Below, piece after piece: positions 19,370-28,644 of a stretch of DNA of 64,000 nucleotides. Below the pieces are notes generated by a model. That model searched no databases and was not told where the DNA came from. It was given only the letters and a program-made list of their open reading frames with translations. Position numbers and translations under genes: made by a program. Origin of the DNA: Patescibacteria group bacterium (lineage in GTDB: Bacteria > Patescibacteriota > Patescibacteriia > SG8-24 > DYFX01); contig CP129476.1 in assembly GCA_030583805.1 (NCBI GenBank), positions 309,453 to 373,452 on the forward strand, in the 5' to 3' direction. How positions within the stretch are numbered: the first letter of the stretch is position 1; each line of letters begins with the position of its first letter.

Positions 19370-20860
19370 TTAAAGCCAGATGATACCGACGAATCGCCGA
19401 ACGTCCTTGGCAACCCTGATGACGAGCATCGAAAAGGCGTCCGCAAGATCGTCGTGTCGCTCCGCGCCGAAGCCGACGAGCTGGCGGATCAGGTCATCGC
19501 ATCCGGTCTTCGGAAAGTAGATGTTGCCGAGTTCCATCTCTCGCGCCGCCAGCGTTAGTCGCGCCCGCTTGTCCATGCCCTCTGGACTCACGCCGTAGGT
19601 CGTGAGGTTCGCGTGCTTCATAGTCTCGATCGCCGCGCGTTGAAAGGCGACGTCCTCGACGTAGAAGCGGTGGTACTTCCGATCCGTCATCGTCTTGGTG
19701 AGCTTGGCGGCCTGGATGATCCCTTCGAACGTGAGGTGCTTGTTCGTTACGAACGGCAGGATGTAAACGCGATAGTCCTCACAGAAACCCTGTCGGTCGG
19801 ATTTCTTGTACACGGCAGCGGTGACCATCGCGGTGTAGTCAGCCGACTCGCGCTGTGAAATCGCGAGATCTATACCAGTCGCCACAAACTCGAAGTGCCA
19901 CCCCGGTTCAAGAATGTTCGGCGGCTCGTCCGGAAGGCCCGCGTATCGCTTAATCCATTCCGGCTGCACGACCTGATCTCGGTCGGGCACGATCTCCTGC
20001 ATATACTCCCTGCGAAAGGCCCACTGGTCACCGATCTTTCGCTTGAGATCCTCGATGTGCTCCATCGTCGGGAACTTGGCCGGCCACGCGGGACACCCGT
20101 CTATGACGATCGGGTACTGGCGATAAATGCCGGTCAGTTCCTTTTTCTCAATCTCGTCCTTGAGACGGGCGACAAGCGATTCCTCGTGGAGGAGGTTGCC
20201 GACGATGAAGATGTTGCAGGAGTCGCCGCCCGCCGGGATGACTTCCGATTTCAGCCATCGATATCGCTTCTCACGGATCTCGCTCGAACGAACTGAATCG
20301 AGGTCCTCGACGTCGTCGATAATGATCAGGTCGGGGCGGTTGGAGTGGTTCTTGAGTCCTCGGAGTGAGCTGTCCGCCGAAAGCGCGACAATCCTCGCCT
20401 TGTATCGCGGTAGGACAAGCGAGTTCTCGTTCCAAATATCACCCACGTTGAACGGGCCGTAGTCATTGATGAGGCGGGCGTTCGTTTCCAGCTCAGACTT
20501 TATGTTGTAGAGGATCTGTTTGGCCTGCGGCTCGGTCTTGCTGATGATCAGGATGAACTTCTTGCGTCCCGTCACCGCCGCCCAGATGGGATACGAAAGC
20601 GAGGCGATCGTGGACTTGCCCGAGTTCCTGAAGGCGACCACGACACGGAGCGGGTCTGCACATGACTCCGTCAGCCGGAAGATCTCTTTATGAAAGAGGG
20701 CGAACGGCACCGTCATGTGCTCGCCGAGATACGTCATGAAGAACCACAGATGACTTTCCGTGGTGAGACCGATCCGAAAGGCGCGCTCCTTCTCGATACG
20801 CGAGAAGGTTTCCTCAAGAGATCCGTTTTGAGGTTGAATTCTTTCCTGCATCGCCGTCAT
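19370..20860 (-). CDS. terL: Phage terminase large subunit (TerL; ATPase + RNaseH-like nuclease)
   Basis: AFRNSGKST (Walker A), LIIIDDVED (Walker B), ATGIDLAISQRESADYTAMV in the nuclease domain. Start taken at MTAMQERIQ, overlapping the terS 3' end. Confidence 0.85.
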   Translation of the reverse strand: MTAMQERIQPQNGSLEETFSRIEKERAFRIGLTTESHLWFFMTYLGEHMTVPFALFHKEIFRLTESCADPLRVVVAFRNSGKSTIASLSYPIWAAVTGRKKFILIISKTEPQAKQILYNIKSELETNARLINDYGPFNVGDIWNENSLVLPRYKARIVALSADSSLRGLKNHSNRPDLIIIDDVEDLDSVRSSEIREKRYRWLKSEVIPAGGDSCNIFIVGNLLHEESLVARLKDEIEKKELTGIYRQYPIVIDGCPAWPAKFPTMEHIEDLKRKIGDQWAFRREYMQEIVPDRDQVVQPEWIKRYAGLPDEPPNILEPGWHFEFVATGIDLAISQRESADYTAMVTAAVYKKSDRQGFCEDYRVYILPFVTNKHLTFEGIIQAAKLTKTMTDRKYHRFYVEDVAFQRAAIETMKHANLTTYGVSPEGMDKRARLTLAAREMELGNIYFPKTGCDDLIRQLVGFGAERHDDLADAFSMLVIRVAKDVRRFVGIIWL

Positions 20861-21317
20861 TTTTCGGTTTCGAGTTGGCCTCTGTCTCTGCCAGCCCAGT
20901 TTCGCCGCCGGCCGCCTCCGCGAGAAGCGCAACGGATTGTCGGATGATCTCTTTCTGTGTATCCGAGATCTCGACGGGCTCCTGCTGTTGCGGCGCGAGG
21001 AGTTCGACTTTTGTCGCGTATGCGCGGTGGTGGTGCTTGAGCCAGAAGATCACGGCCGTGAGGTTTCCTTCCCTAATGGCAGTCATGAGCTGTGACTCAG
21101 CCATGTCGTTCACAAGACCCGCGCCGGTCTCAACGGCCTCGTCGACGGCGGCGGCGAACGCCGCGTCATCCTTCCGCCAGCGGTAAAATGTTGCGCGGCC
21201 GATCCCGACCTTTTGGCAGGCTCCTTGAACGATCGGCCGCTTGCGTAGCTCTTCGACCAGAACCTCTTTCTGCTTTTCCTGCCGTATGGTGACGGCGTCC
21301 TTCTTCTCAGTCCCCAT
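20814..21317 (-). CDS. terS: Phage terminase small subunit (TerS, HTH + FWLK motif)
   Basis: HTH CQKVGIGRATFYRWRK and NLTAVIFWLKHHHRAY, resembling Terminase_2-family small subunits. Sits immediately upstream of terL. Confidence 0.65.
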   Translation of the reverse strand: MGTEKKDAVTIRQEKQKEVLVEELRKRPIVQGACQKVGIGRATFYRWRKDDAAFAAAVDEAVETGAGLVNDMAESQLMTAIREGNLTAVIFWLKHHHRAYATKVELLAPQQQEPVEISDTQKEIIRQSVALLAEAAGGETGLAETEANSKPKNDGDAGKNSTSKRIS

Positions 21318-22638
21318 ATGAGATGCGTGTGGCCTTGAGGCCTGTCAGGTTCTCCCAGCGCTTCCGGATGACCTCGGCGTACACGGGGCTTTTCTCCATC
21401 AGGAAACATCGGCGCTTGAGCTTCGTCGAAGCGATCAGCGTGCTGCCACTCCCGCCAAACGGCTCGATGACGAGGTCGCCGCGCTTCGTGAGCATCTTGA
21501 TGTATGGAATCAGGATTTCGGTCGGCTTCGTGCCGAAGATGACGCCCTGACCCGAGTGCTTTTCGTCGGACGAGCGGAACTCGATGAAGTCCGTGGGGCA
21601 GTTCTTTTTGCCCTTCTCGTAGGACTCCCATTGCGGCTTGCCGCTGATGGCGTAGAGGGCGGTCTCGTACTCCTCTTGGAGCGGGGCGTCTTCCGGCTCA
21701 TTGTTGTATGGGACGTCGCCTGACGCGCCGACCATGGCGATGTCATGCTTATTGAAGAACCGGTATTTCGACGAGAAGCCCTGATGCCGGTTTTCGAGAT
21801 GCCACACGATCATGTTCTTCACCTTCCAACGCTTCTCCATCTCGTCCCAGATCGTCCGGATGTTCTTCCAGTTTTCAAACACGATGATGGCGAAGTTTGG
21901 CTTGGCCGACGCCGCCACGCTGTTCATCCATAGCTCGGTGAAGTTGTCTGGCAGGGACTCGGTCTCGAGGTAGCGTCGGTCCCGCTTATAGCCGAAGCCG
22001 GTCACCGGATCGCCGTGCTTCTTCTTGCCCTTCAGGTAATCGAGAATGTAAGGTGGGTCCGTCATGCACATGTCGGCCTTCTCGCTGCCCATGAGCTTCT
22101 GGAATTCCGCTTCGACGGTCGAGTCCCCACACATGAGGCGACTGTCGCCGAGCGCCCAGACATCGCCCTTCTTGATCTCGATCTCGTTGATGTCCAATTT
22201 TTCGAGCTCCTTCTGTAGGTCGAACGTCTCTGGCGTATCCTCGACGTCGAAGATGCGGTCGAGTTCTTGACTCGAGAACCCGACGTCGGACAGGAATGAC
22301 TCGTCAAACTTGGCCAGCATTTCCCAATCGAACTCTCCGGTCGTGAGGTTGCTTCGGACGTTATACTCCTCGAACTCTTCCATTGTGAGCTTCCGATTCG
22401 GGACGCGCACGTCGATTTCTTCCTCCCCGCGCCCAAGCGCCAGCAGAATCTTGATCCTCTGATGCCCGGCGATGAGACGATTATCCGTATCGATCGCGGG
22501 GATCTCTACGAGATTGAATCTTTCAAGCGACCGCTTGAGCTGTTCCACTTGCTCGTCGGAAATCTTGCGAGGATTTCCCTCCCACGGCAGGATCTCCGCG
22601 ACCTTTCTTTTCTCCGTAAGCCAGTGAAGGCTGTCCAT
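21307..22638 (-). CDS. ParB-like nuclease N-terminal domain fused to N6-adenine/N4-cytosine DNA methyltransferase
   Basis: LIAGHQRIKILLALG (ParB/Srx fold), MTDPPY (motif IV DPPY) and EPFGGSGST (motif I). 11-nt overlap with the terS start. Confidence 0.85.
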   Translation of the reverse strand: MDSLHWLTEKRKVAEILPWEGNPRKISDEQVEQLKRSLERFNLVEIPAIDTDNRLIAGHQRIKILLALGRGEEEIDVRVPNRKLTMEEFEEYNVRSNLTTGEFDWEMLAKFDESFLSDVGFSSQELDRIFDVEDTPETFDLQKELEKLDINEIEIKKGDVWALGDSRLMCGDSTVEAEFQKLMGSEKADMCMTDPPYILDYLKGKKKHGDPVTGFGYKRDRRYLETESLPDNFTELWMNSVAASAKPNFAIIVFENWKNIRTIWDEMEKRWKVKNMIVWHLENRHQGFSSKYRFFNKHDIAMVGASGDVPYNNEPEDAPLQEEYETALYAISGKPQWESYEKGKKNCPTDFIEFRSSDEKHSGQGVIFGTKPTEILIPYIKMLTKRGDLVIEPFGGSGSTLIASTKLKRRCFLMEKSPVYAEVIRKRWENLTGLKATRISYGD

Positions 22639-22710
22639 AAAAAATGGTCATGATGAGTTATCACCATGACCATATCAATCGACAGGTTCGGGTCGTGGGA
22701 AGTCTGACCC

Positions 22711-23520
22711 CTATGATTTCCCACGCTTCCGGAATCGTTTTTTCCTTGTTTTCTCAAGATCCTTCACGATGTAGCGAACCGCATCAGATTTCTTGTCGGT
22801 GCCCAAAAGTTCCGATGCAATTTCGGCCGTCGTGGTCTTGTAGGGCTTCTGTTCGACCGGATCAAACTGTTCCCCCCGTCGGTACCACTCTTCGATGCTG
22901 AGATCGCGGTCGATGTGCTTCATCGGCTTGTAACGCGGCATACCCCTATGCTTTGCGAACCATTCGACCTGCTGCATCGCGAGGCGGATATCTTCTTGGG
23001 TCGGTATCGTATAGAACGTGACTGGGATGTGTCGCACCGTGCTGAGCCTTTCGTTTGATCTCAGCTCTGTCCAAGGTCCGATGACAAAATTATGATACGG
23101 GGCAGTTATCCTGCCTTGGACGATGTACGTGTCAACGTGGTTCTGATAGTTCTCCGGGAGGTTAAACTTTTCGACAATGAAACGCGCCCTGCCCGATCGG
23201 TAGTTGATGGGCACCTCCTCGCGGTAAAGGTTGATCCGCCTGTAGTACTCGTCTGAATTTATTTTCTTGGCCTTCCATTCATCGGTGATAGCTCGACCGC
23301 GGGCATAATAATCAGGCTTTCCAAGAACTGCGTCGCTGGCGGCAATCCACGAATCCGACCAGCGCTTCATGTCATCGTCAGTCTTTAACCCGCCGCCCGC
23401 GATTCCAAGCGTCTGTCGCACCTCCGCGACGATATTCTGAAACTCCTTGTCAGAAACAAGGAGTTTCATATTCGCCAAATTGGCTTCGTAGCATTTCGGG
23501 TGCTTGTGCGGCTTCGCCAT
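22711..23520 (-). CDS. Hypothetical protein (269 aa, basic C-terminus)
   Basis: Clean ORF in the low-GC island, divergent from the Type III mod gene. No motif I recognise. Confidence 0.5.
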   Translation of the reverse strand: MAKPHKHPKCYEANLANMKLLVSDKEFQNIVAEVRQTLGIAGGGLKTDDDMKRWSDSWIAASDAVLGKPDYYARGRAITDEWKAKKINSDEYYRRINLYREEVPINYRSGRARFIVEKFNLPENYQNHVDTYIVQGRITAPYHNFVIGPWTELRSNERLSTVRHIPVTFYTIPTQEDIRLAMQQVEWFAKHRGMPRYKPMKHIDRDLSIEEWYRRGEQFDPVEQKPYKTTTAEIASELLGTDKKSDAVRYIVKDLEKTRKKRFRKRGKS

Positions 23521-23765
23521 ATAAAAATACTGAGATAGTCAGCGTCTGAGAGACTTATTCAATCAGACGGATCAGTTTGGGTGTCGCTATGAACTTATTG
23601 AAGTGCTGGGTCTCCATAAGGCTATTATATGCCGCAGAAAACCTGATCCGCCAGTTTTGGAAGACCTAAATAACCTTAACGAGACAGGCGGAATGCCTAA
23701 AATCCCCTTAAAAAGCAAGTCCTCTAAAGAACTTCACTTTTTCCAGTTTCTAAGCTACTCTTTGT

Positions 23766-23881
23766 CTGTCTAGACCCAACCCGAACAGGGCAAGTTTTGC
23801 CTATTTCCGGATCGCGCGCATAGAGCGGCATCCGGATAAAACAATCCTCGCACGATCCGTGCTTGGGTTGGGTCTAGACAC
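23766..23881. promoter_or_regulatory. Inverted-repeat-rich control region between divergent genes
   Basis: gtctagacccaacccgaaca (23766-23786) and its complement cttgggttgggtctagac (23860-23879), about 75 bp apart. Internal palindromic tccgga sites. GGGTGTCGCT direct repeat at 23578 and 23886. Confidence 0.5.
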
Positions 23882-23940
23882 CTCCGGGTGTCGCTTTGTT
23901 TTTATAGGCATCCGGCGGGCTTACACGTCATCTGTAGCCC

Positions 23941-25662
23941 ATGCCTCAAAATCCTGCCCAACTAAAAGAAGGAGAGCTGCTGCTTCGTGTTGCGGAGCTT
24001 GAATCCGAGATAAAAAAGTTAAAGGAGAGAAAAAAGTACGGTCTCGTCTGGGAGGATCGGTCGGAAGACGTGGTTTTGCAATGCCGCGAAAATGTTCCGA
24101 TTCTTCAAGAATACAAGGCGCAAAAAATCGTCACTGATGAAGCAACGTCCGCAAACATCCTAATCGAGGGCGATAACTATCACGCCCTCTCCGTGTTGAA
24201 CTATACCCATCGAGAGGCTTTCGACGTAATCTATGCCGACCCACCTTATAACACTGGCAATAAAAGCTGGCGGTATAACAACGACTACGTTGAGAAGGAC
24301 GACGATTTCAAGCACAGCAAGTGGCTATCCTATATTCACAAGCGCCTCCTTTTGGCGAAAAACCTACTGACGGATTCGGGCATCCTGATATTTGCTATTG
24401 ACGATTATGAAGCCCACACCCTGCGTCTGCTCCTTGATGAGGTCATGGGTGAGGATAATCGCCTCGGCACGATAGCTGTAGTACACAATCCTCGCGGAAG
24501 AAACGACGATCAATTTTTTGCGACCCAGCACGAATACATGCTCGTTTACGCAAAAGATCATAGCAGGGCTGAAATAGGAAACTTCGAACTCACGGAAGAA
24601 GACCGCAACCAATATAAAAAACATGATGAGATTTCTCCGTACGCAGAAACGTCGTTTATGCGCACTGGAAACAACTCAAACCATCACGAAAGACCCAAAC
24701 TTTTTTACCCCATATTTTTTAATCCGAGAACCCGGAAGCTCTCTCTAAAATTAGAGAAAGGGGGCATCGAAATACTGCCAATCAACGAAGCGGGTGAAGA
24801 GAAAACGTGGCGCTGGGGTAAAGAGACTTTTGAAAGGCTGTGCGACACCGATCTTTTTGTAAAGACTGTTAAGGGCAGGGATCGGATTTTTAAGAAAAGA
24901 AGACTAACGGTCGATACGGGAAAGAAACCAAAGAGCGTCTGGTATAACTCCAGGTATGATGCCTCGACACAAGGCATCATGGTTTTGCAGGACATTTTTG
25001 GCCGCGGCAATCATTTCAATTACCCAAAATCATTGCTCTTGATGGAGGATATTTTGGAGATCACTTCAAAGCCAGACTCGCTAGTCCTCGATTTTTTTGC
25101 TGGAAGTGGCACCACTGGTCACGCCGTTCTCAAGCTCAATAAGAAAGATGGCGGCAACCGTCGCTTCGTACTGTCTACGAACAATGAAAATAAGATTTGC
25201 GAGGAGGTAACCTATGAACGCCTGAAACGCGTTATAAAGGGTTATACGAATAGCAAAGACAAAAATACTGTGGGCCTCGGCGGAAATCTGACTTACTACA
25301 AAACCGCCCTCGTGAGCATCGACCAGCTTCAGAAGGTATCTGACGAAGCAAAAATCAAGATTGCATATCAGGCAGGCGAGATGATTGCCGTCCGGGAGAG
25401 CACGCCGGATGAGTTAGAAAAAAATGACTGGTGGCAGCTGTTCGGGGGAAGCGGAAAAATCATGGCCGTCTACTTCAAGGAGGACAAGGCCAGGCTATCC
25501 GACCTCGTAAAGAAACTCGAAAAAACAGGCCGCCCGGTCGTGCTGTATGTCTTCGGTTGGGGCAAGAACGAATACAAGAACGAGTACGGGTCGGGAAAGA
25601 TCCGCGTCGAGGACATCCCCGAACCTATCCTTGAGGTCTACAAGGAACTGAACCGTCTCTAG
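23941..25662 (+). CDS. mod: Type III restriction-modification system methyltransferase (Mod)
   Basis: DVIYADPPYNTG (motif IV) and DFFAGSGTTGHA (motif I). N6-adenine MTase beta-class layout, followed by res. Confidence 0.9.
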   Translation: MPQNPAQLKEGELLLRVAELESEIKKLKERKKYGLVWEDRSEDVVLQCRENVPILQEYKAQKIVTDEATSANILIEGDNYHALSVLNYTHREAFDVIYADPPYNTGNKSWRYNNDYVEKDDDFKHSKWLSYIHKRLLLAKNLLTDSGILIFAIDDYEAHTLRLLLDEVMGEDNRLGTIAVVHNPRGRNDDQFFATQHEYMLVYAKDHSRAEIGNFELTEEDRNQYKKHDEISPYAETSFMRTGNNSNHHERPKLFYPIFFNPRTRKLSLKLEKGGIEILPINEAGEEKTWRWGKETFERLCDTDLFVKTVKGRDRIFKKRRLTVDTGKKPKSVWYNSRYDASTQGIMVLQDIFGRGNHFNYPKSLLLMEDILEITSKPDSLVLDFFAGSGTTGHAVLKLNKKDGGNRRFVLSTNNENKICEEVTYERLKRVIKGYTNSKDKNTVGLGGNLTYYKTALVSIDQLQKVSDEAKIKIAYQAGEMIAVRESTPDELEKNDWWQLFGGSGKIMAVYFKEDKARLSDLVKKLEKTGRPVVLYVFGWGKNEYKNEYGSGKIRVEDIPEPILEVYKELNRL

Positions 25663-25666
25663 TGAT

Positions 25667-27994
25667 ATGTTTCCACTCAAGCCATTCCAAGAGCAGGCGG
25701 TCGCAAAGCTGAAGAACGAGTTTCTTTCTCTTTGGAAGTCGCCTCACCATAATGTACCGCTCGTCTTCAAGTCGCCAACGGGTTCCGGCAAGACGATCAT
25801 GCTCGCGCAGTTCCTGCGCGACATCGTGAGCGATCCGCGCTTTCAAGGCAACGATGTGGCGTTTCTGTGGTTCTCGTTCAGCGAGGACTCCTACGTCCAA
25901 AGCAAGGAGAAGCTGTTCGCGTACTACGGCGGCGCTTCAGAGCTGGACCTGCTCGATCTGAACGACCTCACCCGAGGCAGGCTTCAGAAAAATAACGTCT
26001 TCTTCATCAACTGGCAGAAGATCAAGGGTAAGTCGAAGGACAGCCGAAAACTACGGCGCGAGAACGAATGGGGCCTGACATTTGATAACGTCATCAATAA
26101 GACCCACGAGGACGGACGCAAGCTCGTGGTCATTATCGACGAGGAACACGTCGGGGCGGATACGGACCTTGCGCTTGAGGTCATCGACGGCCTCATCCGT
26201 CCGAAGGTCACCATACGTGTCTCGGCGACGCCCAAGTACATTCCAAATGCGGAAGAGATCGCCGATGGGAAGGGCGGCTTCGTCAACGTAAAACGGGACG
26301 AGGTGGTTCTGGCCGGACTCATCAAGGAAAAAATTATCTTCCAGACGGAAGAAGACCTCAACAAGAAGGAGTTCAAGAGCGCCGACCAGGACGAGATTCT
26401 TCTTGAGCTTGCTTATCGCAAGCGACTCGATCTGATCCGCTGGTACAAGGAGATTGGCATCGATATCAACCCACTCGTCCTCGTCCAGCTCCCGAACGAT
26501 GATCAAGAATCGAAGACGAATGTCGCAACGAAACGCGGCATCGTTTCCGACTACCTCAAGCGGAAAGGTGTTTCGGAAAGCGAGATAGGCGTTTGGCTTT
26601 CGAATGAAAAGGTGAACCTTGAGAACATCGAGGCGAACGAGTCGCCTGTCTCTTTCCTTTTATTCAAGCAGGCGGCCGCGACCGGCTGGGACTGCCCGAG
26701 AGCGGGAGTGCTCGTCATGTTCCGCGAGATCAAGAACCCGACGTTCGCCATCCAAACGGTCGGCCGCATTTTGCGCATGCCGTTGGGTTCCCATTTTCCG
26801 CGTCCCGAACTCAACGTCGGCTATCTGTACACCAACTATAAAAGGAACGAGGTACTGGCCGAATATGCGAAATCGAAGTCCGACAACCGGCCGGCGATCA
26901 ACGGGAGCTATCGTAAAGCAGACGTGAAGTCGATCACGCTCGATTCGGTCTTCATGAGCCGTACGGACTACAACGACCTAGGCGACACCTTCCAGGCGAT
27001 ATTTGGGACGGCAGCCGATGGTCATTTCGGTATCAGCGACAAAGACGGCAAGCAGACTGCTCTCGATAAGCTCGCCAAGAAAGGCTTCGATACGTCGCCG
27101 AAGGTCACGAACGGCCTCATCGTCGGCGTCGAGATCGACGACTATGACAACTTCATCCAGGAGCTTGTCGCCGAGGGTGCGAGCCACGATCAGGAGATGT
27201 CGGAATACGACCTTGAACGCCTCTACAACCTCCTCTGCTTCAAGCTGATCGCCAAACAGACCGATGAACAAAAGAAGTTCGCGCCCGAGCGCTCTTGGGG
27301 AAAGCTCAAGACGGCGCTCAACGTCTGGATGATCGGACGTACGAGGGAATTCCGCCGGGCTGCCTACAGAATGATCGTCAATGACCTCCTGAACCCCGCA
27401 AGCGTCCTCGCACCGCTCATCGGCTCCTCGTTGGCGCTATATCGCCCTCTTCGAGAGCAAGAAGTGAACAGGCGTTCCGAGCGGTCGAAACGCACAGAGA
27501 CGATTGATCTCCCCCGCGAGGCACTGTTCTTCACTGATCAGTACACGGAGATGAAGGTGAAGAAATGCGCGATGTCGCCCTTCTACATCGAGAAGGACTA
27601 TCAAGGGGAGGATAATGAAAAGGGGTTCATTGCCTTCCTTGAGAGCCATAAGAATGTCCTCTGGTGGCACAAGAACGGTGATATCGGGAGCGAGCATTTT
27701 TCGATCTCGTACTACAACCCGGACGAAAACAAGGAGAGGCTCTTTTATCCCGACTGGATCGTGAAGACGCCTGCCGCCGTCTGGATCATTGACACCAAGC
27801 AGGGAGCGACGGCCGAGCTCGCCGACACCAAGCATAAGGCAGAGGCGCTACAGGCCTGGTTAAAGAGCAGGAAAGGCTTTGCTGGAGGCATAGCCGTTCA
27901 AGACGGCCCGAACGGGTGGAAACTGAACAGGAACTCTAAATACTCCTATGCGCCCTCGTTCACAGGATGGGAAGCCTTTAATGATTTGCTGTGA
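25667..27994 (+). CDS. res: Type III restriction enzyme Res subunit (SF2 helicase + endonuclease)
   Basis: FKSPTGSGKT (Walker A) and VVIIDEEHV (DEEH box). Immediately downstream of mod. Confidence 0.9.
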   Translation: MFPLKPFQEQAVAKLKNEFLSLWKSPHHNVPLVFKSPTGSGKTIMLAQFLRDIVSDPRFQGNDVAFLWFSFSEDSYVQSKEKLFAYYGGASELDLLDLNDLTRGRLQKNNVFFINWQKIKGKSKDSRKLRRENEWGLTFDNVINKTHEDGRKLVVIIDEEHVGADTDLALEVIDGLIRPKVTIRVSATPKYIPNAEEIADGKGGFVNVKRDEVVLAGLIKEKIIFQTEEDLNKKEFKSADQDEILLELAYRKRLDLIRWYKEIGIDINPLVLVQLPNDDQESKTNVATKRGIVSDYLKRKGVSESEIGVWLSNEKVNLENIEANESPVSFLLFKQAAATGWDCPRAGVLVMFREIKNPTFAIQTVGRILRMPLGSHFPRPELNVGYLYTNYKRNEVLAEYAKSKSDNRPAINGSYRKADVKSITLDSVFMSRTDYNDLGDTFQAIFGTAADGHFGISDKDGKQTALDKLAKKGFDTSPKVTNGLIVGVEIDDYDNFIQELVAEGASHDQEMSEYDLERLYNLLCFKLIAKQTDEQKKFAPERSWGKLKTALNVWMIGRTREFRRAAYRMIVNDLLNPASVLAPLIGSSLALYRPLREQEVNRRSERSKRTETIDLPREALFFTDQYTEMKVKKCAMSPFYIEKDYQGEDNEKGFIAFLESHKNVLWWHKNGDIGSEHFSISYYNPDENKERLFYPDWIVKTPAAVWIIDTKQGATAELADTKHKAEALQAWLKSRKGFAGGIAVQDGPNGWKLNRNSKYSYAPSFTGWEAFNDLL

Positions 27995-28461
27995 ACAAGA
28001 GTCGTCACCTTGAGGTACTAATAGAATCCGTGAGAGATAAGTGTGACTTCCTAGCTGAGGCGAACAACACGTTAGATGGGAAAGCTGCGACATTAATGGG
28101 CTTTGAGATCACCCTCGGCATAGGCTACGCGTCATTGGTACTTGGAAATGTGGGTGGTACTAATCATGACGAGGGTGTCGCTGGGTTATTCATGTTGGGC
28201 ATGTCTGTAGCTTCTCTGCTGTACGTGAACTGGCCCCGAGATTACACGACGACCTGCGTCGATCTTTTCGAACACACAGAATACCTGGAGAAGGGGACGG
28301 GAGATTTGTTGCTCCAATTAACGAGTGATGCACAGAACGCCTTCTCTCAAAACAACCAAAAATTGAAAACCAAGGCCAGGTTCTATAAAGCTGCGATCGT
28401 CCTGCTTCTCGTCGCTACATTCTTGTTCCTGATGTCAAAATCACCAAACTTCTATGTCTGA
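27991..28461 (+). CDS. Hypothetical small membrane protein (3 TM), translationally coupled to res
   Basis: ATGA-type overlap with the res stop. Hydrophobic segments ITLGIGYASLVLGNVGG, VAGLFMLGMSVASLLYV and AAIVLLLVATFLFLM. Confidence 0.55.
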   Translation: MNKSRHLEVLIESVRDKCDFLAEANNTLDGKAATLMGFEITLGIGYASLVLGNVGGTNHDEGVAGLFMLGMSVASLLYVNWPRDYTTTCVDLFEHTEYLEKGTGDLLLQLTSDAQNAFSQNNQKLKTKARFYKAAIVLLLVATFLFLMSKSPNFYV

Positions 28462-28644
28462 TACTCGACAACCCCAACCTCAACCCAAGCCGATCGAGCT
28501 TCCGAAACCGAATCAGGGAGAGACTGTGACAAAGGGTGGCTAGAGCCCACAACACGAATCTCAACCCCATTTCCAGACCATGTGTAAATATGCGTGAGTT
28601 TCTGGTGTGGTCGAACCAGCGAAGAATTATAGCATCGGCCGTCC

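Noticed and set aside
23694-23735. Third copy of the CCTTAAAA-CCCC-TTAAAG motif seen after both terL 3' ends (18066, 19356)
   Set aside because: The match is loose and short. The first two copies are explained by the terL 3'-end duplication itself, so the third is probably coincidental.
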